A stretch of DNA of 64,000 bases from Vermamoeba vermiformis. Lineage: Eukaryota. Below are positions 12,811-25,411 of this stretch, in pieces. Location: contig JBEWZL010000063.1 in the NCBI GenBank assembly GCA_045837725.1, forward strand, positions 62,001-126,000, read 5' to 3'. Within the stretch, counting starts at the first letter, position 1; each line of letters starts with the position of its first letter. Position numbers and translations under genes: made by a program. The notes below the pieces were generated by a model. The model was not told the DNA's origin, ran no database searches, and saw nothing but the letters and a program-made list of their open reading frames with translations.

Positions 12811-14421
12811 TTACTTCAAAATTTGTTCGCGCATGTATAAAATGTCACTCGGGGTTGACCTACAACATCCTCCGAGTATGGATGCGCCATTCTGGACCCA
12901 TTCTGATGCAAACTGACCTAGTGTCTTGTTTGCCATATATGGACTTGGTACCCACGACTGACTAACTGGCTCCCAATCCTCGCCTCTGATAATACATTAA
13001 TTAGTAATGTTGAGAAAAATTATTCGAAATTATTACCTGTTGGGATAAACGATGACCGCTTTGTTTTGACAGTATTTTTTAGCTGTCTTAACCGCTGCTG
13101 ACACCAACAACGGTGTACTGCAATTGACACCGACAGCTACGACGCGTTTGAAAGGTTGCAGCTGTCCAAAAACTTGTTCTAAGCTGTCGCCTTTGCTCGT
13201 AACAGGCTCACTTTCCATCGACTCGTTTTTGAACCGCATTGTGAATGAAATCCACGCTACAAAATTGTACGACTGCCATTCAGGTTCATCGAATAGTTCC
13301 GCTAATGCGAGTGCTTCTTTCAATGCTGGACATGTCTCTGCTGCGATTGCATCGACACCTCTGTTTGACACGTGTCAAAAACTTTAATGCTCGGGTCGTT
13401 GTTAAAAAAAATTTATGAGTGTAATAACTATTTGCCTATTATACTTACGCCTTCAATAGCGCTCTTAACCTTGGTCGATGAAAATCTTTCAACTCTTCAG
13501 GTGTCATATGACCTACGTAATCGCCTCTAAACTCGGCTCCATTGGCCAATATTGCTCCTAAAAACGTTATTTGTTGGTATAAAATGTCAATTTTTTTTTC
13601 TCCAAATTAGCTGACTTACCGTACGGCCCTAATGAGCCAGCTACAATACATTTTGACACGTGCTTTGTATCTGTGTTTGCTTTAATTTCTTCTTGGTCTA
13701 TTACAATACGTATTGATATGAGTTATATTGTGTTATGAATTTAGGTGTTGGTCTACGTACATTGGGTAACTGCATTTCGCGCCAAATCGACACTTTTTTT
13801 CATTAATTCATCGACTTGCTTTTCATCAACGCCTATTTTGGCAAAACCTTCGTAGCTATATTTGCAATATTTTAGCGTCAAATTAATAAGTGGCTGAATT
13901 GAAGGAACTGGAATAAAATAAATAATATTTAATAAAAAATGACTGTCGCATACCTTGCTTGATAACTACTCGTTGTTATAATATCAGCACCGTGTCCTAA
14001 AAATTATTTTCGTTAATATTTGCGCAATAATTAGTTCAATTGTCATCTGCTTACGCAAATAATCCAGATGTGTGCATGTGATCTGCTCTGGGTGCGTAAT
14101 CAAACAATGTGCTGACCTAAAAATTAATCTAAATTAAAATTTGACATAACGCTCGTATATTCTAAATATTAGTAAGTCAAATTAGAGAAAAGACAGTGCA
14201 CAAATTAGATCTGAAGTATCTCCCAAATAATCTTCAAATCTTAACGTTTATGGTGACTGTGATTACTCAAAATATATTTACCATAATATTCTGTGCAATA
14301 CTATGCCCTTTTCTTCGAGCTGTGTGGCTAAGCCTCCATCTAGAAACAACACTCGTTCTTTTAACGCTTGGACCAGCTTATTTGTTGCTAATAATGCCTC
14401 GTTGCTATTATTTGTGTCCAT
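12811..14421 (-). CDS. HMT: Homocysteine S-methyltransferase
   Basis: VLFLDGGLATQLE, GSLGPYG, IAAETCP, AVGVNCS, IVYPN, ILGGCCRSTP (Zn-binding cysteines). Confidence 0.93.
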
Positions 14422-14575
14422 TCTTAAGTTAATTAACGGATAAAAGCATGCAACGTTCGCCAAACAATTTACCAGCCGAAATCAATTTTTTCTCGTGCAA
14501 TGAATGGAATCGCTCGATCAACAGCGATCATATTATAAATAAAAAGATACTATTAACAAAGTTTAATTTGTACAT

Positions 14576-16372
14576 TTAAACGCCGTACACACAAGTCAAT
14601 TCATTTTTCTTGAGCGGTGTTCGACACAACGGGCATTCAGGCTTGAAAACAATATTAGATACCATAAATATGCTACTATATTGCATACGTACCTTATTAT
14701 TGCATGCTTCGGTAATACAATTCCAACAAAACACGTGGCCGCAAATAGTAGCTGTTGGATTCGTTCGGATCTCCAAACATAAACTGCACTTGCCTGTACC
14801 TGAAAAGTACTCATTTGGACCCGATGATAAAGAAGGTGTCTCCCTGTACATAAAAATAACAATGAGTACTTAGTAGAATATGCTGCTTAAGCTGAGCGGA
14901 TCGCGTAAAAGTGCCGGTCAACAAAAAGTCAACGCGTCAAAAAAATTAAAAAAATATAGCGAGGATTGTCCCTTCTTTACCGCACAGAATCAACGGCAAA
15001 AAATTTGCTGTCCACGCCATAATTTAAGAATAAGATTGAATGACCCTCGTAAATCATTGACCACATCTCGAACAATTTCATTATGGGTCATTTTTGGGTC
15101 CTCCAAAACAATTTTCAAAATGGAAATTAAGCTTATTATATTAAATTTAGTATTTAACTTACGCAGACTCGGATTCTAAGGCTTTCTTTTTGATTAAATG
15201 ATTGCGCAAGTAGATCGCGGCTGAAATAAACAACTGAGCGAAGATCAATATACCCAGGATATGATATCTTGGCCTTCCTTCGTCTAGTTTACGATTGAAT
15301 ATCTAAAGGACCATAATCATTAGCATTAAATCTTCATGCTAAGCCTTAAAAAAATTTGCTTACGTAACGGACGTTCAAAGATCTCTTTGAAATATTGTAG
15401 AAGATGCCTATAAGAGCATAGTTAGTATTAATTCTGTAATATTGAATGGTTTTAACAGCATCAATCGCGTAGAGTTATGCTGTAAAGAATGATCGGATCT
15501 CGATCACGTACCGGTGAAGTAGAAGACAGCTACATGAATTCTTTTCAGTGTTTCCACGAGCTCTTTAAATCGCGGTAAAAACACTGCTATTTTCTTGCGC
15601 CGCTCTTCCGTCATACCAGTGTCTTCGTCCACTACAAAAATGCGATCAGATCGAACTAAATCTTCATATGAAGCTTATGATCCGCTCTTGGTATATTATA
15701 TATGTAGACATTTATGCTATTTAATTTGACTTACTTGATTGAGGGAAGCGAGATCGCGAAAGTTTGTTCAATTTGGCGCATAACTTGTTGTACAAATAGG
15801 GAAAGCCAATATTAAGAGTAATCAATAATAAGCGTTCCTATCAAATAAAGTATTATAGACGTGCGAAAATAAGCTAATTAAAGAAAGCTTACCCTGAAAT
15901 CGAGTGGGATCATGTTTCTTCCTGTGACTTGCATAATGTCGCAATATTCTTCGCCAAGTGTTTGGCGGCCTATTATCGGTTTAATATAATGCTGTATATT
16001 ATAATTGTTGCTATAATAAACTTACCTAAAAGCGTTGACAAGCCATAATAACAAAGCTCTGAAAAAAATTTAATTTCGTCTGGTGCGACGACTGCATACG
16101 CGGGACCTACAAAAATAGTCATAATTAGCTTTATATGTAATACTAATAATATTAATAAAATTCAAATAAACGACTGCAGCGAGATCTGAATGTTTTGAAA
16201 TGGATCTTTGTTCTAACGTACCCATTATTCGTTGTACAATTTCATAATATTTATCATATAGTACTCGCTTGTAATATTCATCTTTTTGACTCGCTCTGAC
16301 AATATCAGGCTGTGAAGCTAATGGGAAAAATAAATCTGCCGACGGATCAGTATTTAAAACTGGATCAGCCAT
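14576..16372 (-). CDS. PEX10: Peroxisomal RING E3 ligase PEX10
   Basis: FPLASQPDIVRASQKDEYY, GRQTLGEEYCDI, C-terminal RING CSLCLE..TICGHVFCWNCITEAC..ECPLCR. Confidence 0.95.
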
Positions 16373-16840
16373 TTCAACAGATGTGTATGTACATATAAAC
16401 AATTCTTATTCACTGCCGAACCTAGCAGATTTTGTTTTGGCCAAAGTGGTCGAAATCTCGTTGCGCTGACCGTTTTTTTCAATTTTCGTAATTAAAAACG
16501 TTTATTCGTTATTTTCTTAATCCTGAGGCACTACTCGAGCGCTTTATAATCTAAATATTGGCTATAATCCCTAGGTAAGCAAACGTCCATGATTTGAAAA
16601 TCTTTTCGGATCTAGCTGATTGATTTTGGTAAGAATTCAGTAATTACAGAACTGTTATTAATTAATTTAATACCGTATTTTAGAATCAATAATTTTTAAT
16701 TTACAAAATCATTTCAGATCTGACGTCGTTAATTTATCTTTAATTTTCATTTCGTTGATATTTTGCAAACAAATCGTCCAATAAATCGTAATAATTTTGT
16801 ATATTTATACTTAGATAAGCCTCAAGTAAAGAATTGAAAG

Positions 16841-19800
16841 ATGGATCGCCAAAGATCAAAGAAAGGGCGGAAAAATAATCAACGCAATAAGAACCGAGGA
16901 GGACGTGGCAATCAACCTCAGAATAATACAGCTAAAAATAATATTGAGCAAGTAAAAGCAGAGATTAAAGAAGAGCAAGTCAACGAGGTTCAAGAAGAGA
17001 ACCAAAATCAAACAGATCAGGCCAATGAAAATAACGCTGTAAAAACCTCAGAAGATCAAGGCATCGATAATAAGGAATTACAGCATACCAATGAAGAAAA
17101 TAACGAAAAATCTGCCGAAGACAACGATGCAGATCAAAAGACTGAAGATCCAGCCACAGCCACCGAGAAAGCACTCGAAGAACACGAAAATGGTCGTAAT
17201 GACGTCGAGGTAAAAGAAGATAGTAATATTGTGCCTGGAATTGAGCAACAAAATGAAAATCAGACCTCGAATCACAACGGCGAGATCCACGACAGAAAGA
17301 AAGAATCGGATCAGCCTCAAGAACCTGCCGCCGAATCTGCACCACAAATCACCGAAAACATCGTCCAATCCAATAACGAAGAAGTTAATGCAAATACTGT
17401 CGAGGAAGAAAAGCCTGCAGAGCCAATAACGCAAAACGAAAATGAACCTGCAATGGAATCCGCTGAGCCAGTCAAAAATGCCAAAGAAAACGAGGAATCA
17501 AATCATATCGTTCCTAATCAAGATAATGAAGGAAGGACTCAAGACCACTCAGATAATAACAAGCTCGAGGAATTGAAGACCAAACTCGAACAAGAGTTTG
17601 AAATGAAGTTGGCTCAAGAACTCGCCAAGGCGCAAGAAAAACACGAGTTAGAGTTGAAACAATTGATTGAAAATGAACGAGTTAATATTATGCGAGAAAA
17701 GATGAAGAGGTAGAGAAGACTAGCAAACAATTTGAGAACGAGTTGAGTTCAAAGAACGAGGAAATTTCGCGATTAAAAGAACAACTAGAATCGAGGAATA
17801 TATCTGAGGATAAAATTTCCGAAAATAATAATAATAGCGACGAGATCCAAGAGTTGAAAAATCAAATGGAGCAATTGAAGGCGCATAATGAAGAACTTCA
17901 AGGAGTCGTTAAGAAGAAAGAAAATGACGAATATAATCAAGCTATTGAACTCGATAAATTGAAAGAAGGCTTGACGACGTTAAAACAACAAATTGCGGAA
18001 TTTGACGAAGAAAAGAAACGTAACGAAGAAATTATGTACGAGAAAGAAGTCGAGTTTGAAAATGCAATCGGTGCTGTTAAAGACAACGTCGCTAAGCTGA
18101 ATGAAGAAAATAAGAAATTAAAAGACGAACTTGAGCAGGAGAAACAAAAGGCTCAGCAAGCTCAAGTAAGATCCGGATCCAAAAATATTTTGTTAAGCTT
18201 ATTCTAACCATATATTAGATTCAAGGTGCCCCAACTGATCTTCAGGAAGAAATGAACCACCTGCGCCAAGTAATCAAGCAAAAAGTACGGCCTAATTTCT
18301 ACGAAAAAATTCTTGAGTAAAACTTGTACTAATTATTGAGCTATAGGACGAAGAATTAGCCAACTATCAGCAAGCAAATCAAACGCTTCATGCTGCCAAT
18401 GTCGATCTCACTAACGCGAATGTTGAACTTTATAACGCCAATGTTCAGCACGCACAATCGCTCGAGAGTTATGTAAAGGAGTCTAACGAGGCAATGAAGA
18501 AGATTGTGGTAGAAAATGAGGCGTTGAAGAATAGCGCTGCTTCGCACGAGAAGTATATTCAACAGCTGACTAACGACAGTCAAAAAATTATCAAAAGTCT
18601 GCAGCAGGAGATCCAAGCGTACAAACAAAAAGAAACTTTGCAAGCTGATGCAACGACTAATGAAATTTCGTTATTGAAGCAAAAGATTAAAGAAATGGAT
18701 GTCAAGGCTAATAGCGACAGACAATCTATTGCAGAGTTAAAGTACGAATTATTTTTTTCATTCATGAACGAAACTAAATTTCCTTTTTAGGAAAACAAAT
18801 GAAGGTCTAGCTGTTATGAACGATGAGCTTAAACGAACGAACAAAGATTTGAGCGCTAAAGTGCATCAGTTCGATTTGAAGTTCAAAACGGAGAAAAAAG
18901 ACATTACGCAGCAAGTCATTGAACTGAAGAACGAGAATGCAAAGATGAAAGAAGAAATGAATAAAATGGCCAATGATAATAAGAAGCTGAAAGAAGAAAC
19001 ACAAAGATTAACCGGCGTTATCAGCTCGCAAGAAAATAATTCAAAAAATACTGCGGATCTAACCAAATCTCTACATAACGAGAAGAAAGAATTAGAAAAG
19101 ACTAAAGAAGAGCAACAGTTGCTTATAGCAAAGCTAAATGGAAACCTGGCGAATTTAAAGACCAAAATAGAAGTCTTAGAAAGTCAAAATTTGAATATGC
19201 AACGACACTCTGAGTCAAAATCAAAGTTGCTCGATGAATCCGATAATAAGCTCAAACAACTTAAGCAAATATTAGATGAGAAGTTACAGACTACTGAGCG
19301 ACAAATACAGCAGTTACTCGCGCAGAAAAAAGAGACAGATCAACAACTTGTCGAACTTAAAGCCAAGTCCGAAGAATACCAGCAACTCGCTGAAAAGCTC
19401 CAAAAAGATAATACGGTACGTACATTCGATACATTCATAAGCCATATTAGAAAATTCGCTCCGGCGCGATCAATTTTCGCAAGATCTGGATCTTTCTGAT
19501 TATCATCTCTACATAAATTTAACATACTAGTATGGTCTTATTATTCTTATAATAATAATGGACAGTACGGCGTTTGTATGGTATTCGAAATTGACTGAAT
19601 AATTCTTTTTAGGCACTGACCGACAGTACCAACACGATGACGCAACAATTAGCGCAACAGACCTCGCTGATCGAGAAGTTGATTCAAGAAAACAGCGAGA
19701 GTTTGAAAGCGCTTGATTTCGCGAAAAGAGTGGCATCTGAATCACAACGCGCCGAAACGATTGAAATGCTATTGAAAGAAAAAGCAGAACTGTGCAATAG

Positions 19801-20140
19801 ACTTCATCAGCAGACTCTACTAATAGCTAGTCTTTCGGGCGATAAGGTGCGCAATCGATTCACACTAATTTATCGAATTTCAGATCTTTACTGACAATTT
19901 TACGAACAGGATTCGCGTGAACGAAAGAACACTTCTACGGATACTACGATCAATATTAATAATACCAATATTAATAACGCGAATAATGACGCCGGTCAAG
20001 TGGCAAATGGAACGACAGGTCAGCGAGAAGGATTCGCGGATGTAGATCTGGAGGCAAACGGCGAAGAACAGCCTCAAAAGAAACAAGGATGGGTTGGGTT
20101 TATCGTTGGTGGACTTTGGAGAACAATCACGTGGTCCTAA
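16841..20140 (+). CDS. Long coiled-coil (golgin-like) protein with acidic N-terminus and Trp-rich C-terminal tail; apparent 1-nt frameshift at ~17697-17700
   Basis: E/N/Q-rich low-complexity region followed by heptad-rich exons; last exon ends QGWVGFIVGGLWRTITWS*. Confidence 0.75.
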
Positions 20141-20744
20141 CGTGCAACACGTAAGTCCCGCTATCAAATCCCGCGCTTCCGAAATGAATTTTTGTTAATT
20201 GCTGCGACATTTTGTAAATAATTAAATTGCGAACGATAATTAGTAATATAACATACGCGCATAGTCAAATCCCCAATCTAATAACCGCCCTCAAATTTCT
20301 TCGCGCGAATCCATTACAACTTGGGTGACAGTAATGCCCGTATACCGATAATATCTCATTCGCATAGTAATAGGATATATTATCCAGATTTTTTTCGTTT
20401 TCACATCATTTTAGCTTAATTTTTCGTAATTCATAGCCCTGTTCGGGATCCCCGCGGCTGTCCGCAGATTTTCCACGTGGGTTTTTCAAGTAATAACGAT
20501 CTACGTTAAATTTGACGCGAAAATGGGTCTGATTTTCGTGAATTCGGTTGATTTAGTAATTGCGGATACCGTGCGGGTGCTGCGGAATTTGCAACCCGGG
20601 TTTGGATGAAAATCGAAATCTCTCCAAGTTTACAAGCTTTACGAAATTGGCTTTTCGTTTTTAAAATCGTAAAAAAGGTTATTTGGTCAATTTAACAATA
20701 AGTGAATACAACAAGCCAGTTCAGGTTTGAAGAAAAATTAACGG

Positions 20745-23700
20745 ATGGAGCTGTCAGAGAAACAAGTCGAAACTGGCAGTAAGTATTTCCATCGCTCAAT
20801 AAGCTTTCTAATATAATTAATATAGACCTCTCCTCGGAGGACTCCGAAAATCTAAGCGATAGCCCAATCGCAAACAACTTGGATGAAGAAGAAACGATCG
20901 AAGCACCGTCAAAAATTTTAGATCGACCTGTAATCGACTTGGTCCGATCTTACTTTAATTTGGATACCTCAGAAAAATTTATTGAAGGTAAATTAGTCGT
21001 TTACCGCTGTCTACCGCAAAACTGATCTTGAAAATTTAGACTTTATTTGTACTCTGAGCGGAAGTGCGACCGTGATGGGCCATCTTATGCTACTCGAGAA
21101 GCACCTTTGCTTCGCGCAAGAACCAAAGAATTTGCAGGTACTTCGATCGATGGAATATTTAATGAAAATACTAACTTTTACATTAAAAATAGAAAAGTAA
21201 ATTGCTCGAGGGGCACGTTATGATCAAGCGCTTGAAAAAATCATCGAGTATGAAGAAGCGCTATATGGCTGCTACTAAAGATCACCTCGCTATCGGATCT
21301 GAAAAGGTAACCAAAAACGGATTTGATCCTTAAAAGGAAAGTCTAATGTTTGCTTAGAGCCTTTACCAAATGTACAAAATCATTCCTTGGAGGGACATTT
21401 TTAGCGTTGAATGGGTAAGATCTATTAATAAGCACCTTCTTTTTCAGTTTGTGGACTAAAAATCTTTTTGAAACAGCTCGATCCGAGTCTCGCCAGAACT
21501 TCTTGGGGATTTTTATTCTCAACTACTGCCGCTAATTTCTCTGTCATCGTCGACAGCAAAGAAGAAGGCGAAGCATGGATCCAACTCATCAAATCCAAGA
21601 TCAACCAAAAAGACGCCGCTACCTCGCCTCGCCATAGCCGCGAAGAAGAAACGCCTGTTAAAAAAGAATTAGACACTCAAGTCACGTTCTCATTAGCTAT
21701 TGATCGTATTACTGGCATTCAAATGGTCAATTCTACGATTTATCCTAACGGCACTGCGATCCAGTACGACCAAGACAAAGAGGTAAAGCTACAAGAATAA
21801 TGCTAATATATTAAAGAGCTTTTCTAATAAAATATTTTAGGTTATTTTGACGAATGTGGATGAAGCCGAGCTTCTTGTTTCGTTTTTACAAACGGTGATC
21901 AACAACAGATCCAGCGAAGAAAAGAAAAAACAAAAGAAGAGATCTCCTTCACTAAGCGAGGCCCTTCAATCGCCTACTACACCAAGAGCATCAAAAAACA
22001 AGACTCACGAGATGAAAATCAGCCCTAAAGACGAACAATTCTTCCACTCAAAATTCAAATTGGCTGAAGGCGAGAAACTCCACGCAGTATATAATTGTGC
22101 CTTATTCAACGCCGCTGACTTTTTCGGCAAGCTTTACGTGTCGGATCAGTACATCTGCTACTTCAACACGGATGTCAAACAACTGACCAAACAAAATAAG
22201 GTACGGAGCTAATTTAATTGCCTTCAAAGTTCTCGGAATTAATCGTATTATTTGTTTTAGATTATTATTCCGATGAGCGAGGTCACTGACGTTAAAAAAT
22301 ACAAAGTTATGTTGATGACCACCGGATTGAAAATCAAAACTAAAGCCAAATCAGTACGTATATAATAAGATTAATAGTAAAATGACCCTAATAATATGTT
22401 TAGTATTCTTTTGTTAATCTCGGAAGTGCCTCAAAAGCGATCAATGTGATTCGTACTTTGGCCGAGAAGGCTAAAAAAGGAAATGCTGCCGCTGAAGCGG
22501 TCGATTCTGACTCGGACGGATCTGACAGCCCAAGTCTCGAACACTTCAGTAAGTACTGTAACATTAATATAGAAGACATAATCTAACTAATAATTTCATA
22601 GAAACTTTGCCTCCTAAAAGAATTACAATTACTTTGGTCGGTACTCGCGGTGACGTCCAGCCGTTCATGTCACTCGCATTTAAACTCCGAGAATACGGAC
22701 ACACCGTTAAGATCGCCACGCACGCCGTGCACAAAAACTTTGTTGAATCTTACGGCATTCCTTACGTGCAGATCGCTGGTGAGTACTTATACTTTGAACG
22801 TGTCAACAAGTGTCATTAACGAAATTTCTGTAGGTGATCCACGTGACTTGATCAAACTTTGCGTTTCGAACGAAAGTTTCTCGTTGAAGTTTATTCGTGA
22901 AGCCAACAAACAATTCCGCGTAATTATGGAAGATATTTTGCTCACTTGTTGGGAGGCTTGCAAGTACGACACTGATATCCTTATTGAGAACCCTCCTTGT
23001 AAGTCATACTTATTCACTTGAACATCATTTTAATGCATTAATACAATATATTAATTTTTGATTTGCAGGCTTTGCTGGTGTTCACGTCGCGGAAAAATTG
23101 AATATTCCGCACGTCGTTGCATTCACTATGCCTTGGACTCCTTCTGGAAATTTCTCTCATGTAAGTTTGTAACGATTATAAGTATATTTAAATAACATTC
23201 AATTAATTCGATTTAATTGCAGCCTTTTGCATACCGTGAAGGTGCCTCCGCAGCGTACAATCGGGCCAGTTTCTTTGCAGCCCAACAAGGTGTCTTTCAA
23301 ATGCTGCGCTCTTCACTGAACAAATTCAGACGCCAAACACTTGGGTTGCCGAGCATTACCATGGGCGATTACGACCTCATTGAGCGACGAAAAGTACATC
23401 AGATCTACTGCTGGAGTCCTTCGGTCGTGCCCAAGCCGCATGATTGGGGCAAACGAGTCCATGTTAGCGGCTATTGGTTCTTAGACGCTCCTAAAGAGTA
23501 CGTACATTTACAATGCAATTACTACGTAAAAACATTAGTTAATTTTTCATGAACAGTTTCGTGCCGTCCCCCGAGTTGCAAGCATTTTTGGCCAAAGAGC
23601 CTAAGCCTATATATATTGGCTTTGGTTCGGTCATTGTCAAGGACCCGGATGCTCTTACTAAGACTATCATTGAGGCCGTTCGTGTGTCTGGTCAACGAGC

Positions 23701-25260
23701 TATTTTGGCTAAAGGTTGGGGTGGCACTTATGTCGAGAAATATCCCGACTTTATTTTCCCACTCGACGCAGTGCCTCACGATTGGCTGTTCCCTCAATTG
23801 ACTGCTGCTGTTCATCACGGTGGTGCTGGCACTACTGCTGCTGCCATGCGTGCTGGCATTCCAACAATGGTCGTGCCGTTCTTTGGCGACCAATTCTTCT
23901 GGGCCGACGTCGTAAGTGTACCCAAGCGAAATTTCGAGGAAAAAATGATCTAATTACGTTGTACTAGGTTGAAAGATTACGCAACGGACCTCGTCGCATT
24001 ACAGTGGACAATATGACCGTTGAAAATTTTGCCGCGGCTTTGACTCAAATGGCCACTGACAACATTATGCGCAAAGTAGCTACCACCCTTGGTGAACATA
24101 TTCGCTCTCAAAACGGACCTGAGCGCGCTGTTCACTTGATCCATCAAGCCGTTCATGAATGGGAAAGTTCACAGAAAGTCAAGTCGACGAAGACGAACAT
24201 CAGGTACAACGAAGTCAAAGTCATTATTCGCAACAATACTAGGTACAGATTGCGAAGAAAGAGTTGGCAATTGAAGCAAGGTGATTGGGTAAGTTTTTTT
24301 AATTCCCTTGAAATTTCTTCGAAACTAAATTTGGATCCGCAGATCTCGGTCCCTGCTGAATTCATCCCTGCTCACTCTACGATTGATATTAAGATAAAGC
24401 AAAACACCAACACCATCTTCAACGATACCGAGGGCTTTGTCGAGTATACTTGTGCCGACAAACTGTTGAACAATGCTCGCCGTTGGTCTTCAACGAGCGG
24501 AGATCTGACACCAAACAAAAGGTCTGAAAGTCCAAGCAAGACAAGATCTACATCTTCTTCGCAAGATTTTAGCTCTACTAGCGCTTCTGCAGCTTCGTCA
24601 TCAATAACTTTCAATTTCTCATCGTTGCTGCTTGGATCTTTGGTTGGCAAGAAAAACAGCGGCCGCGCCAGATCCAGCGATGAAAAGTTTGAAGTGGAGA
24701 CTAAACAGAACTTCAAAAAGATTGAATTTGAGATTAACGAAGCTGCTGAACACCCTCATGAGTCCATTGAAACACTAATGGAAAATCTTGAAATTTCGGA
24801 GGAAGATCCGACGTCAAGCCACGAATCCGATAACGACAATACTATTGGTGAGAAGCACAATGGCAGCAAGCAACGAGGATTTACAGTCATTATTGACAAT
24901 CAAACTGAATACGAACTTACTCGTACTCAATGCTCGTTGAAACACGGTGACTGGATCCAATTCGCTCCTGAAAAGGTAAATTAACAATTAATTTCCTAAT
25001 TAATTAAGTGAGATGTATACTAACGTCTACTTTTCCAGATTAAGCCAAAAATGAAAGCGAAGTTAATTACGCGTCAAGTTTTCAACTTTGGCGTGCCTTC
25101 AATCTTCGTGTCGTACTTGACTACGATCAATAATAAGCAAGAAATATTATCGATCTATTACAAACAAAAACGCGATGCGAAACACGTGCTGAGAAGCAAC
25201 GCGCTGACGATGACCTTGACTCCCACATCCAAGTCTGAATTCCTCATTACCGTTGCCTAA
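20745..25260 (+). CDS. ATG26: Sterol 3-beta-glucosyltransferase (ATG26/UGT51-like): GRAM-PH-GRAM-GT1 plus two extra C-terminal repeats
   Basis: GRAM (FHSKFKLAEGEKLHAVYNCAL..GKLYVSDQYICY), PH (VDSKEEGEAWIQLI), GT motifs ITLVGTRGDVQPF, VVPKPHDW, IYIGFGSV, PHDWLFP, HHGGAGTTAA, VVPFFGDQFFW. Confidence 0.92.
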
Positions 25261-25411
25261 TCATACAAAAACAATAAAATATTTATTTAACAACCAATAA
25301 TAAGCACATAATTTTAACGAGACCCATTGTAAATGGTTCATACGGCAAAAAGTTTTTGATGATCAATCTCAGTTGCTGGCAGTCCATTGTCAAAAAATTG
25401 CCTCTAATAAA

